Positions 11,608-25,487 of a stretch of DNA of 64,000 nucleotides are shown piece by piece. Every line of letters begins with the position of its first letter. Position 1 is the stretch's first letter. The position numbers and the translations under genes are program-made. The stretch is from Takakia lepidozioides (Eukaryota; Plantae; Bryophyta): positions 20,336,001 through 20,400,000 of the forward strand of contig CM060733.1 of the NCBI GenBank assembly GCA_030704615.1. The letters run 5' to 3'. The notes beneath the pieces are model-generated. The model made no database searches. It was not told where the DNA came from and saw only the letters and a program-made list of their open reading frames with translations.

Positions 11608-14600
11608 ATGGTGTCTGGCAGTGGAAAGGGGAATGGTGGTATGGAGATTTGCGATACCGACAAAGTCAAAGATGGGGGCTACCGTCTCAGAGCCCTTTCT
11701 GCTCCAATGTTCCATGCCAGGACGGTGATGCAATGTCAGCAGTTAACGTTGACTCCAGGCACATTCTACACGTTCGGTCGCTCCAAGAGCAGCTGCGATA
11801 TTGTGTTCCAGGACACAAGGGTTAGCAGGCAACATTGTCAAGTCTTTTTACATCCCGTCAGCCACCATCTATACCTCATCGATGGTGCTCCTTCAGAAAT
11901 TCGTTCCAATTCTGCAGCTAAATCTTCGAAAATCTTCGAGAATTCTGAGGGCGTTCCTGGAACAGAGGAGCAAATGTGCGTGAAATCACCTTCCAAGCTA
12001 ATTGCATCAGAGCATGTAAAGCCTTCTCTCAACGGAATTTTTGTGAATGGTCGACGAATTAATCTTGGAGCGTGTGACAGGTTATCTGCTGGTGACGAAG
12101 TTTCTCTGGTTGCCTGCACGAAGGGTACCCAATCTGTGGACCCTGGTTTTGGTCCAGCTGTCGGGTTCGTTGTCCAGGCATTGCCTCAACAAGAGAGATA
12201 CTCCACCCGGAATCAGTTGTCTCCCGCAAATTGTCTAGGTGGGGGAATTCAGAAAAAATTGCATTTAAAAGGAGCTTGCTTGAAAGGGGAAAATCAGGCT
12301 TGTTTGCAATCATTAAAGTTTCGAGCTATCAATGAGACACAAGAAGTGCCGACTTGTCATTACTATGGATCCGGCAAGAAGCTTGATTTTACAGAGAATT
12401 CTTTGGAGGAGGCCAAGTGTGAGCAAGCCGGCCTTTCGAACGGTGCTAGGTTGTTAGAAGAGCGTATAACTTGGGAAAGGCATGGCAAGAACTCAAACCA
12501 CGGCTTTCAAACCCACCAGGTGCATAATTCTGTCAGTATGAGTGGAGGTCGAAAAGGAGGCTTTGAAGATACCATGGTGATGGTCTCTAGCGCAAGCAGA
12601 GGGAGGGGGGCTGTGATTGAGAGCAAGAAAAGGAATGTGGAGGCAGGCGAATTGTGTAGTGCAAATCACCTTGACACTGGTACAGAGCCGCAGAGCCGAA
12701 GTGGCAGAAATGGCAGAGATAGTCAGGTTGGTTTAGGCATGCCTGACAAGTTTGTGCATGACGACACATCAACCCATGCTTCAGTACCAAGCTTAAGTAG
12801 ATCAGCCAATGGGATGGGCCAGAAGCGACTGTTTGAGGAGACCTGGACCTTGGACGAAGAGGAATTGCAGGTTGAGGCTCCACAGCATAATGGTGCGAGG
12901 AGCAACAGTCATTTCAGTAGGAGTGTCGGGCTTGCCTCAAATCCTCCCCATGAGGTGGAGGCAAATGGTGATACCATAGCCACTACAGTCTGCACTATTT
13001 CCTCACCGTCCATCTCTGCTGTTTCTAGTTCATACGCCACAAAATCAAGTGAAAGAGCAAATGCTATGACCAACTGTGGTGTTTTCTCCCTGGATGATCC
13101 AAATGTCAAGCTCGTGGAAATGAGCACTAAAAACAGAATTGCATCTGTCAGAGGTATGGCTAAGCAGGACACAACCAGTGATGGAAAACTCTGGGGAGGT
13201 TGTGGCATTGAGAGGTGTGACCAAGACAATTCTGAGTATGCCCTTGAACAATATCCAAGAAAAGAGCATGTCCGCTCAAGTACTGAAATTATGCAGCTCA
13301 TGAGCAGGAAAATCTGGAGAAAGAGCTCAGACATTGCAATGGCAAGCTTGCAAAGGGAAGGGACAATTAATAAGAGTCATGCGGGAGGTGATGCACTCAT
13401 GCAAAAGGCGTTGAAAGTGGGAGGGGAACCTGCTGATGTCGCATCCATTTTAAATTTCGGTGGTGAAGAGGTAATGAATATGGTTACTGTTGGAAATGAA
13501 TATTCAAAAGTACCTTCCACTGATACACAGCTTGGCACAAGTTCTGGGAGTTCCATTGTAAAAGGTATGAACTGGAAAGAGCAGGCCACAAGCTTGACTG
13601 GCAATATGGAATGTTCCATTCAGAAGGATACTGGAATTTTGTTGGGGGTGAGCTGTCTACAGGGCAGTGATAATGTGACCCTGAAAACTCTTGAGGAGTT
13701 TGGTGTACACACCATGGAGCAACAAATGGAAGAAGCTATAAATGACAGTCTCAAGTTGCTGGGAGAGGGGCCAGTTTTCAGGCAAGTAACTGCTGATGCA
13801 ACGGATAAGGTGGCTGAAATCCCAGAGGTTACTGGCCCGTTAGTCATGATGGAAGCTTTGCAAGGGCTTGAGGAGAGGGAAATGGAATCAGAGCCCTTGG
13901 TTGTGGAGAGCACTGCAAAGCCTGGGAAGGAAAATGGGGGGTTTAAAATAAGGTGCCTTAGTGGGCAGGGCCCAGGTGTGGACGGGTTCTGTTTGAATCG
14001 CTTGGAAGGAATGGATTCCAGTACTGAAGACTATGATACTAATGTATCACTTCAGGAGCTTCTAGCCCCTATGGATGATCTTGTAGCTATCTTTGCTGCA
14101 ACCTTCACGAGCGACATACTGTGGTGAGGTTCCTCTGATTTCTATCCTTTGATAATTTAGTGGATTGCCAGGATGTTCTTCTCACCCTGCATGTGGGAGC
14201 CTCAATATTAGGTTTGTAGATGTCAGCTAATGTTACAGATTGAAATTTTGGTGGGGGCTTTCCTTTTCCTGAAGTTGGAGCCTCTTCCCAAAGGTCAACA
14301 CTATCCAAATTTTGTTGTTTCATTATCTCCATCTCTTCAGGCAGAGGAGTAATGCTTCCCCATTTCACAGCTTGTTGAGAACAAGAGAGGAGTTTGGTTT
14401 GTCTAACTTCCTGTGGTAGAGATGCAGGTTTCTAAGTTCCAACAGCATATCACCTGACCTACCAGTAACAGTGGCATGCCACGACTATGAACGCTGTTGG
14501 AGTACGTCAACATGTGACCGCTCAGCATCTCCGTATATGGAATGGCCCAACGTCACTGTTGTGTGAGTATCCTCAATGCCATGCCGTACATCTCTGGAAG

Positions 14601-17600
14601 TTTGCAGGTAGTAGGTAGCATGGACGTCACACTGACAGCTGCTTGAGATTGTCGCAATTGTGCAGGTACCCCCCTTTTCCTGACATCTGCGCATTTGGAA
14701 CCAAAAAGGAAGGCAAAAGACGTGGAATTGGCTGCCACCACCCAAAATTCTTTCTTTTGCAGCGACAAGACAGAATGCGTGTTGTAATATGCTCTGCTAA
14801 TCTCACTGAACGCCAGGTGTGTTGCATTATTTAGCTCTTTCAAGATTGTCAGCCTTCAAGGAAGAGACTTTCAAAATTTTGGTTGATGGTTGCTTGAGGT
14901 GGAATACTCCTCTGGTTGTGTTGTTATCTGAATGATTACCTTGGTAGAGTCTCGTCAATAGAACCATCACTCCGTGGATCTGCAGACAGCTCTATCTTGA
15001 CATAGTTTGCGACTATGAACCTTGATATGACACTGCTTTCAAAGTCAATGCTCACCTATTTTGTGCAGTGGTTACATGTGACCAACACTGTCTGGTGGAA
15101 GGATTTCCCACGGCGAGGGACACCAGATTACAAAACTTTGTTCCAATCCACAAGAGTATCTGAGGCAGGCACAACCTCAGGCAACATAATGGACGATTTT
15201 GGGGCACAGCTTGCTCACCTCCTTTCATCTCTTCTTATTGATGTACCAACCACAGCTCAGTGGGTGGTGGATGTGGCTCACTATGACTTCTCAAGTGCTG
15301 ATGCTTCAATGATTGTTTCCATCCCAGGGCTACATGGGAGCCCTTACCCAGCCTTTCCCAACTGGGTAATGGATGGACTGAAAAACGTAAGCCACTTATC
15401 CTGCTGAAAATGTACAAATCACATATTATTACAGTTCTCAGGATGGATGTGTACCAGTATCATGGTTAATTGAGGTTTGCAACTTTCCAGACGAGAAATT
15501 TAACTGTCTGCTTGTGTGTAAGACAGGTGTTGAATGGATGTTAAAAGATCATTCATTGTATATTATATATGACCAAGCATCCCCTAGTTAATGGTTTCCA
15601 TGGAGAAGTTTCGAATGTAGAAGGTGCTTATATTTGGGAGGTTGTTTGCTAACAGCAAGAGAGAGGAAATGGAGAAGTGGGCCACATGCACACATAGATA
15701 AGAGAGTACACTTACAGGCGTAGAGTTAGGCAGCTTGGATTAAGGTACATTGGGAATTTTTTTCATGCAGGGCTCAAAGGCTTGTTTGGGAAATGATGAC
15801 ATGCTCCCAACAGATTATCTGGGCGTAGTAGGGACCACGGTGGTGGGTGTAAGTTATCGCTTCAGTGCTGCAGCTGATCCACAGGGTTCAAGGGTGCGTG
15901 CTCTTGCAATACTCTTGAGTAAGATTGGTACAGACGAGGACGGGATGATAACGGTGATCCTTAAGCGAGCCAAGAATGTGCCTGCAGATAGTAATGCAGT
16001 CAGTGTTTTTGTTGGAGGGGGAGTTACGGAAGTGGTTGCAGACTTGTTCCTTCAGGGAGGTCAGTTTCACATTGGATAAAAAAATTACCCTCCTTCCATA
16101 ATATGAGGCACAGAGCCTTTAAGTTTAAACTTCTAAAAGCATCGTTTGGTTTTCAGCAGTGAGTTCTCCTTATGTCAAGTGAGGACATCAATCATTGAAA
16201 TCTAGAGCAGATTGTCCTGCTAAGATGTAATCTGTTCTCAATCCTGTAAGCTTCAATCATTTTTGCCTACTGATTCAGTTTCAAGCTTTCCAACTCAGAC
16301 TTTTCATTTCTGCTAGCTTGTGCAGTTGAATCTACTCTGGCATGCATGCCAGTTTGGATAGGTTGAACCCTAAGTAGCTCTGAACAGTCTAGGTACACTT
16401 CTTCAACACTTGATGTCACTGTTAGGACCATCGGTCATTCGCAATGATGCTCTGCTTGTTGTTGCTCAGTATTCCAGGTGGAGAGTAACTTTTCCTTTTG
16501 CTTGATTTCAGATCCGAGGACAACAGATAGCAGGTCACTCCCATCCTCTCAGAATGAGAATGTACAGTTGGGCTTTCTGCCAAGGAGTACAGCTAAATGG
16601 GTTGCACCCCTGTGTGATGAAGGGATTTGCACATTTATGGCTCGAATCTGGCCCAAGGAGGCCCTGGCTGCTGCCTCTTGCTTGGCTGAATGCAGTGTGC
16701 AGCTTGTTTTGTATGTCTTTGAGGTAGTCATTTTTATTCCCAATTTCCCTGGGCTTCCTGTGTATATTAAAATAATACTCCCTTTCCCACAGTTCCCCCA
16801 TACCACAGCTGATCTGTTTAGAAGTGGCATGCCACTTTGATGGACAATGTGGCATGCATAATGTTGAGGAGACACTTCCAGATTAGATGACATCTAATTC
16901 CATCATCCATCTCTCTCCTGTATGAATCAGGCCTGTGCCGCTCTTGGAACTTAAGAGGCATTGCTTTTGCAGGCCGTTTCTGAGCTTTGAATATTGTTCC
17001 ACTGACAGGGGCCTCGGTTTTGTGAGCTTTTGGCAGCTCCTGTTTCAGAACATGCAACAGCTATCAGTAGTCTTTTGAGTGCCCTGCAGTGTCCTCTTGG
17101 TCTTCAACGTCTTCAGCAGGTGAACCTCACTCTGGCTAGATGGAATAAAGAGGAGAGATGGGTTGGGAGGGCTGTAGAGTCATAGACACTCAGATACAAG
17201 GATGCAGTGTTTTTTTTCCGTTCATTTTCCAAATTTGCCTCAGGGGCCACATGTGAATTCTCCCCAGCGCCCATGTGGCAAGAATACCAAGGTGACAGGA
17301 TTAGAGAAGTGGCTATAACAGGTGGCACGTTTTAACGGATCCACGGTAGTAAAATCAGGCTCCTGATGTTCAACTACTGGCGCTTTCTGCCGAATTTTGC
17401 AGATTTAACCTGCCATAATTCCTTTGTACAAGTAGCTGACCCATTTCCCAGGTCGAAATCTGGCGATTTTTCGCCAGAAGAAAAAAGACTGCAGGGATGG
17501 AACTTGTGAGGGAGGGTCGCCACTATTAAGCTTCAAAAAGCGATAGCATGAGGTCAACCATTGGCCTACACCAGATACTATGTGCAGGGTATTGACAGAC

Positions 17601-20527
17601 CAGCAGTTAGTGCAAGGATGTGGCTACCTTGCTCAAGTTATTCCATTCACTCAGCCAGTTCAGCACTGTCTTTGACTGAATTTTTTGCACGAGCTGTACT
17701 TCACATTTAGCTTGGGTGAAACAGGTCCTCAACCACTACAATTGGCCAAATTCTGCAGAGACAGATTTCTATTTTGGTACGTGCTAACCATACATCCTGC
17801 TTTGCGGGTTCCTCATCTCAGAAAAGAGAGGACCCAAGGAAAAAGTTTGAGGGGGGCAGAAGGAAGAAAGATATGCTGATTAGTGCAAGGACTGCTGGAG
17901 AACAGTAACCATACACCTGACTCAGATTGAGTAATTTACTAAGTGCTTGCAGTCACTTAACCCTGCTTCTTTCATTGTGGTGCATAGGCTCATCATCAAT
18001 AGGGACATCTCTGGATGCTCCATTTCTGGCGGCATTCTCTGCAGCCGCGGGACGTAGAGCAATTTCTTCCTCGGTCTCAGAGGATTCAGACCCTGAGGTA
18101 TTTTAGTGATTTCTACCCTTCTATTTCTGCTGTCAGATCAATTGGCCCTATTTGCATGTACACTGTGGTGTCATACTAATTCTTCAGATTCCAGTTTGAG
18201 AGCAACCTGGATGTCAACTTAAGAAAAACGCTGCTGTAACTGCAACAGCTTGTTTATTACAAGGATAGTACAATTTGATTGAGACAAGACTTATACTAGG
18301 TTACAATGTAACCGTAACTCTCGCATGTATCGCCAATTTTGAGCATAATTTCGAGGCAGTGGAGAGCTGTGGCAGATCCACTGTCTGGAGCTAATGAAAT
18401 CAGTGGGGATCTGTATTATCAAGTCACAGAAATGAAAGCTGATGTTCATGGATCAATGCTGAGTGACCTCGATAAGGTTAAGACCATTCACAGTAGTGAT
18501 TGGTATTTGTGCCCCACCATTTGACCAGGAGGCCCTGAATTTACATTAATTAAAGACACGGGCCTTTTGGCTGTGCAACAGCTGTATGCTCTGTAAATTG
18601 GAGAATTCTTCTTCTTCCGTATTCTATTACCTTCAAAGACAAGTCCGGAGTTTACCCAATGGATGAATACATTCGTGTATGTGCCTTCAAAATGACACGT
18701 GTAGTGATGCAGTCGTATAACCCTGCACTTACATAGATATACCTGGATGCAGTGGGGTTGCTGGACAGCAGAACACGAAGCTGAAGATCCATCCATTGGG
18801 ATAGTGTTCCCTAGCATTGAAAGAGTGCGATCTAGCAAAGGACCCCTATCTCACTATGGGCTTCTTTGTTTTTCTGAGGTTCATACAGTAACTCTCATGT
18901 AGTTCACAGTGCATATGCTGAGCTTATCAATATACGATAGAAATAATGTGGAACAATACAAAACTAAGATGGTGTCTTCTATGATGTAGTATGCAAAATA
19001 AATTGGTGGTATTACGTGTACATTACCATTACTTATGTGACACAGTGGTCATGCCATTTTCCTGTTTGTGGGGAAGTCTCTTTGTGGAGTTCATACCTCA
19101 GGAATTTTCTTAAGAGTAGGGTGGTAGTGTGATTGCACTTACTGAGCTCTTAACAGATATAAGATGATCATATTCATCACTATATTTTGTAAATGACCTC
19201 AAAGATCTAGGAAACATTTGGAACTCTGAAATGTACGACAACCTTGTAACTTGGGTCTTTTGTCCCACACAATTATGGCAGCGTACATGGGAGCGACTGA
19301 AACCTGCCAGGTTACTACACGATGCTGTGCCCTCTCCTGCTATGCGAGAAGGCGTTCCAATGCATGTAAAGGTATATGGGAATCACAAGCATACATAGTT
19401 TAATTATGAACCTCTTTCAAGTTTCTTTTCTCTTCCCCAATTTTTGGACTTCAATGTTGAGTTTAGTCCTACGTGTTTTAGTTTCTGCAACCATGATAAT
19501 CCCAATAAGATTGACATACCTCAGGTATGAAGATTTGTGGTAACTGTGGACATGAAATTTTACAATCAGCAAGATGAGTCACTGTCATGTGCAGTGGTAT
19601 TGTCGTGGATTGTAGTTCCTACAGTCTCCTGATCATGGCCATCTGAGCTTTCCTTCCCTCCCAAGACAAGACTCTTAGAGGTGTGGAATCTGGTAGGATT
19701 TTAATCTAAGTCTATGTAAGTTTATGCCATTACTGCTCGTTTGTTACTTCAAATCTGCTTTGCTCACATGATCCCTGTCAACTGACCACTCATGATTGCT
19801 TTACCAGGTAGCGATGCGTCGTTTCCAGTATCGCCCGAATGGAACCCCCTTTGGCTGGGTATATTGCGGGTCTCACAATTTCAGCCCTGCAGCATGGGGT
19901 CGTCCTCTTTCCAAGGTTCCAGCAAGTGCCATCAATGTGATGGAGCCAGCCATCCATATCTACAATTATGAGCTTGGTCTCATCTTCATGGAACCCCCTC
20001 CTGCTGATTTTGATTCTTTACCTTCAGATGAGACAAGTGGTGGGACACAAACTGCAACTGCAATAGAACAGGAGCCAGGGTCCGAGGTCATAGGGGAAGT
20101 TGTTGAAAAAGTACAGAAGCCTGAGGAAGGCCTAACTTCAAACACGGGCCTGCAAATCAGCAACACACATTTGGGGCACTTGCAGCAGCAATCAAGCCAG
20201 CCCATCCTGGAGGAACAGTTGCAAAGGAGAGGGCTGGACAGATTCAGATTACCCTTTGTTATGCCACCACCGAAGTATGGAGCTGCAGACCAGCCCGCAA
20301 CAGGAAGAGCCATGTACAGAGTCTTTCTGGAGTTACAGCATCATTGCAACTCGCTTGAAGAAGCAGCAGGCATAGACGGAAGACTGGCAGCTGAGGAAGA
20401 GACAGCAGAATCAGGGGAATGTGAGGCTTCTGAGGAGGCTGAGATGGAGGCAACGGTGGGAGAGGCAGTGGCTCCCAAGATGGAGCAGCAGTATGTTGAA
20501 GCTTTATGGAGTCAAATAACTGACTAG
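11608..20527 (+). CDS. TDP1: Tyrosyl-DNA phosphodiesterase 1 beta (FHA + TDP1 + HIRAN), 12 exons, ~1600 aa
   Basis: FHA motifs TFGRS..CDIVF..RVSRQHC and SLNGIFVNG. Catalytic HKN motifs CHHPKFFLL...ICSANL and MHVK...YCGSHNFSPAAWG. HIRAN motifs NVPADSNAVSV and QLGFLPRSTAKWVAPL. Deduced in-phase exons: 11608-14123, 14428-14562, 14666-14816, 15069-15386, 15771-16059, 16512-16723, 17009-17119, 17725-17776, 17988-18097, 18753-18878, 19282-19371, 19808-20527. Confidence 0.93.
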
Positions 20528-21167
20528 GTAATTGCCTTTTTGCAGACAAGGCCTTCCAACACATGACTGTGAAACAGATCGCATGGGACACTTCAACCAT
20601 TTATTGTTCACTTTACATCACAAACAATTAAACAGCCCACGATTTTGGCTCACCCCAGATAGGTTTCTCAGCGTTGACCAGTAATCAGAAATTCCCTCAA
20701 CCGTATTGCCTATGAAGTGTCAGCAATAATCACGAGGTATTGACTCTCTGATTTCTGGACTCTTCTCTGGACCACATGCGAACTTATGTCAGATTGGGGT
20801 GTTTTAAGAGTAGCCTGAAAGAAGTCAGTACAGAGAGGAAATTAGCCATGCTGGATAGGATTAGGGGCACTGTACTAGGTTTAATTCATTTCAAGACGAG
20901 TGAGATCTTGCATTGAGTACTGTGTAACATGTCCAGTTTAGGAAATGTGAAGGTTGTAGGCTACACCAATTTCAGAAACAAATTTGGTCCTTCGAACAAA
21001 TGTGAGGTTTGCAGACCACTCTCTATCCCTATCTTCCTGAATGTCTCTTTCTAGAGCTCATATAGTTGTCCGAATCCCGAATTCCTTTTGCATGTCCAAG
21101 ATTTCCACGGCTTTGTTGAGCGACGAGCCTTCTAGGTGTAGTTGCCCAATAGACCATTTCTCGTGTC

Positions 21168-21653
21168 TCATATTTCCACATATCCACGTGCAGAATCACG
21201 GATCACGGCACGCACTGAGGCCACGTCCTTGAGATCCAGATGGCGAAAGTAGTCCTGGTCGATCACAGAGCTGTCATCACTCTTGCGCAGCCCCTTCCAA
21301 AGTTTCCACTGAGTATTGGATCGCGGATCATAGCTCCCTGCCATGTACATTCGTCCTTGCCTCAACCTCTTCTGCACCCACTGCCCCAAGAGGGATGTTT
21401 TCTGGACGTTGTTGAACACCTTGAATTCCAACAAGTCACAAACATACTTGATTCTGCTTTCCTCCACCACTTGAGCGTCTCGGCGAGGTGCTCGGGGAAG
21501 AAGATCTGGTGGGTAGTATGGATTCGGATTCGAATGCACTTCAATCTCCATCACCCTGCCAAGCAATTTGCTCCTGCATTCTCCCAAAGCTTGCAGCTTG
21601 AAGAAGCTGCAACCGTCAAACGAGACAAGTGAGCGGGCAACGATCGCATTCAT
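21168..21653 (-). CDS. Unidentified 161-aa ORF or pseudogene fragment divergent from RPL3
   Basis: Open frame with protein-like composition. Coding-like sequence appears to continue in another frame to ~21040. No motif recognised. Confidence 0.3.
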   Translation of the reverse strand: MNAIVARSLVSFDGCSFFKLQALGECRSKLLGRVMEIEVHSNPNPYYPPDLLPRAPRRDAQVVEESRIKYVCDLLEFKVFNNVQKTSLLGQWVQKRLRQGRMYMAGSYDPRSNTQWKLWKGLRKSDDSSVIDQDYFRHLDLKDVASVRAVIRDSARGYVEI

Positions 21654-21707
21654 CCTATACTATGGATGAATGTGGTGATGGAGGATGAAGTCTGTGGGGG
21701 TGGGGGA

Positions 21708-21720
21708 AGGGTTTTAGGGC
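21708..21720 (+). promoter_or_regulatory. Telo-box-like element upstream of RPL3
   Basis: GGGTTTTAGGG lies ~75 bp before the ATG. Telo-boxes (AAACCCTA) are typical of plant ribosomal-protein promoters and 5' UTRs. The match is imperfect. Confidence 0.4.
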
Positions 21721-21793
21721 AAGTGCTTGGGGAAGCTCTTTCTTTTCCTCGGGCCGCCATAGCCGAGGTGCAGGAGCTGCGAGGGGGAGCAGC

Positions 21794-24305
21794 ATGAGTC
21801 ACAGGAAGTTCGAGCATCCCAGGCACGGATCGCTGGGGTTCCTGCCGCGCAAGCGTGCCCGTCGTCATAGAGGAAAAGGTGTTTTTTTTTTTCCAACCTT
21901 CTGTGGCCGGTTGGCTTGCTGTTTGGTGCGCTTTCTTTTTGGTCAGCTGAGTATCCCAGGAATGCTACATTGAGTTCGGTTTCTCGCTTTTTCTGTGTAG
22001 TCTTTCTGCTCCGAGTGAGGTGGGTGATTTCCGTGTGTTGTGGTGAATGGTTGCTTGCCCGGTGTTAGTGGGTATTTCTCTTGGGCTTGAATGTAGTCGT
22101 AGGAGGGTTCCAATGCGTATTTTTCATTCCTTTGGAGATGTCTGTTATGTCCTTCTTAGGGATTTATTTCCGAGCGCTTCCTCAGACTTTTGTCGTGTCT
22201 TAAGCCTCTTGCATGCAACCATGCCACTCAGTATCTGAAGTCAGTGTTTTCTGCTCGTACTGCTTTCACATTTTTAGGTTCTTAAGTGAGTACCAGGAAT
22301 GAGAGTTTCATTATGTTCTCTGGTCCAGCTGGAATTAGGGGTTGTCGAGTTATGAGCTGAGCACAGCGGTGCTGTTGTGCGAGTAGAACGACTGTGCGAG
22401 CTCTGATTTGTTCGTATACCTCAATTGTTTATAGTTATTGAAATGTGTTCTGTATTGGATGTAGTGAAATCCTTCCCAACGGATGATCCCAAGAAGCAAT
22501 GCAGTCTCACTGCCTTTTTGGGCTATAAGGCGGGCATGACTCACATTGTGAGAGAGGTGGAGAAGCCTGGCTCCAGTACGTTTTCGTATCTCTTGACATT
22601 TCCTGATTCCATTCTCTTTCTCTCTGAATAGGTTGTTGAGGTCTATCCCTTACGGAGAGATATATTTGCTTTGAATTCCCGCACATAGGATGGGAAAGTG
22701 TTCTTTCCCGTATCTTGAATGTGCAATGTATCTGATAGACGAATCCTCAGAGGCTCTTGCCAAGCTCTTGCCAAGCTCTTGCCAAGCTCTATCTTTCATT
22801 TGCCCCATAAGCTCTTTGAGCTTTCTGCGGACGTTACAGAGTTCCATGGATGGTATTGCTCCCTGCTCCATCTAAGTGTGACAATGTGATGTTTTCATGC
22901 CTATTCTTCTAGTGATGTTCTCTCTTTTAAACTCAGAATAATATCCGTCATGAGTCATATCACCAGTTAGTACATGCTTGACTCTGAGGTACTTCTTTGG
23001 CTACTACAGAGTTGCACAAAAAGGAGACATGCGAAGCTGTGACAATCATCGAGACACCACCAATGATTGTGGTTGGATTGGTGGGCTATGTAAAGACCCC
23101 TCGCGGCCTGCGCAGTCTCAACACCATCTGGGCTCAGCATATCAGCGATGAGCTCAAGAGGCGCTTCTATAAAAATTGGTACAAGAGTAAGAAGAAAGCC
23201 TTCTCAAAGTACACAAAAAAGTACGAAACTGATGATGGCAAGAAGGACCTTGAGTCAGATCTTGAGAGGATGAAGAAGTATGCCAGCGTTATTCGAGTGC
23301 TTGCCCATACTCAGGTCAGCATTTACTTCTCCAAGTTTGCGTGTGTACTTTCATGTGAAAGTTGTTTTCTTAATTCTGGTTTCGTTTTAGGCCCTGTTCT
23401 CATCTCATATCAGCGCAGCCACCCTATGCTCTGGCTACACATGCACTTGTGTCAGTATGTGTTGAAGCTGCAGCGAAGTGTTATATCTGTACTCTCTAAC
23501 TGGAACTGTTCTGGGTTTAGTTTTTGTAAGGCAATGAGTCGCACGGTGTTGCATCCTTTTTGGAATTTTATACTTACCCAATTTCCAATTTCTTAAGAAG
23601 GTTAACTCTTCAGTTGTGGACTTGTGCATCGTGTAGGTACGGAAGCTGAAGGGCATAAAACAAAAGAAGGCCCATTTAATGGAAGTTCAGGTGAATGGTG
23701 GCACTGTAGCAGACAAGGTGGACTATGGCTACAAGTTTTTTGAGAAGGCCATCCCTGTGGATGCTGTGTTCCAGAAGGATGAAATGATTGATGTGATTGG
23801 TGTGACAAGGGGGCATGGGTATGAGGGTGTGGTGACGAGGTGGGGTGTGACTCGTCTGCCTCGCAAAACTCACAGAGGTCTCCGGAAGGTGGCCTGTATT
23901 GGAGCCTGGCATCCAGCCCGTGTCTCGTACACTGTTGCTAGAGCAGGGCAAAATGGGTACCACCACCGCACAGAGATGAATAAGAAGGTCTACAAGATTG
24001 GCAAGGCGAGCCAGGAATCTTTCAAGGCAAGCACTGATTTTGATCGCACTGAGAAGGATATCACACCTATGGGTGGATTTGCCCATTACGGTATTGTGAA
24101 GGATGACTACATCATGCTGAAGGGTTGTGTTATGGGTCCCAAGAAGCGTGTGATCACTCTCCGACAATCATTGTGGAAGCAAACATCTCGGAGTGCCTTG
24201 GAGGATATCAAGTTGAAGTTCATTGACACATCTTCTAAATTTGGACATGGCCGTTTCCAAACCACTCAGGAGAAGGCCAAGGTTTTTGGAAGAGTTAAGG
24301 CTTGA
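21794..24305 (+). CDS. RPL3: 60S ribosomal protein L3 (uL3), 4 coding exons
   Basis: [66 protein letters not shown] and [15 protein letters not shown]. Exons 21794-21878, 22465-22575, 23010-23314, 23637-24305. Confidence 0.99.
22752..22789. repeat. Short tandem repeat (GCTCTTGCCAA)x3
   Basis: gctcttgccaagctcttgccaagctcttgccaagctct in RPL3 intron 2. Confidence 0.85.
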
Positions 24306-25487
24306 TGTGTATGCACATCTGTGTTGTGCCCACCATGCATTGCCTTCTTGCCTGGTGTAGATGCTAGTGGCAGGAAATTTTGCTCTGACATAAACTGTTT
24401 GTGTCTTGTCTTTTCCAGAGGTATTTCCTGGCAAATTCTTGAGTGGATCTACATGGGGCATTTTTTGAATCCTTGCCTAAGAGGGTTCAAACTGGAATTG
24501 AGTACTCTGTGGGAATTGAATTTGTGCAATTTTTGCACAGGGAATCAAGTGCAATTGGGTGTTGTCTCTGATTTTCATAATGATTGAGCAGTGTGTACAA
24601 ATGGGCTAAGATGTTAACATAACCAGTCACTCTTTGGAAGTGTGGCCTGGGATTATCTCAAGATATTCAGTTGCTGATGATTATTTATCGAGAATCTTAA
24701 ATTACATTCTCAGCCAAGCCCATTGCAACTACCGAGGTGCCATTGGAGTCCCCTCATTCTGACTCTGGCTCCCCATCCCTCCCCTCTAAGTCATTGAAGT
24801 TCTTAGATACTCTCACATTCATGGGATGTTTAGCCCACTTAGCTACAATGCTTTTGAACCTGCCACAAGGTGACATTGTGTTCCATTTCTTGGATTTCTA
24901 AGACCAAAAAGAGAGTTTAAGACATCTGCAGAGATCATAAACACTGCAGACTGGGGCTCTTCAAGACTCCTCATCTGCGGAAATAAGTGCTCTAGATACT
25001 ACACAGAGCATGCTGTCCACTGCAAGTGCCCTAGCCATCTGGTTAAGTTGTTGTCCGGCAGGTAAGAGAGTGAAGCTGGGCAGGAGCATGAAGGAATATT
25101 CTAAATATTCTTAGAATATTCCTAAGATACTATGGCGAAACGACATTGTGCTCATGGAGAGGAATTGCGAAACTGTTCCGGGAGTAATTTATGAGTGAGG
25201 AATCACTGCGCACCTCAATATGAGGGAGCCAGGTGAAAGGAAGGATTCTTCACAGCCCATGTGATTGTTTTGTGAAGAGGGTGAAGGAAATTATGCCTTT
25301 CCACACACGACCCACAGTCCCAATCGGCAGCTGTTGTGGTTGGGATGGTTGGGATGGGATTACAAAGACAACTCAAGAATGTGAGGTACGAACTACTTCC
25401 ATACCTGTCTCTGCTATGCAGCATTAGTAACCTTGTGGTTAAAGGCAGGCCTGTGTTGAGAGATTTCAATGAAATGAGCATTGATCC

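Noticed and set aside
11838-13913. Antisense ORFs within TDP1 exon 1 (and similar ones opposite RPL3, PPR and copia)
   Set aside because: They are shadow frames of real coding sequence with no independent evidence.
22884-22988. Intronic box C/D snoRNA in RPL3 intron 2
   Set aside because: The C box is imperfect (GTGATGT), CTGA is very close to the 3' splice site, and I could see no terminal stem or rRNA-complementary guide.
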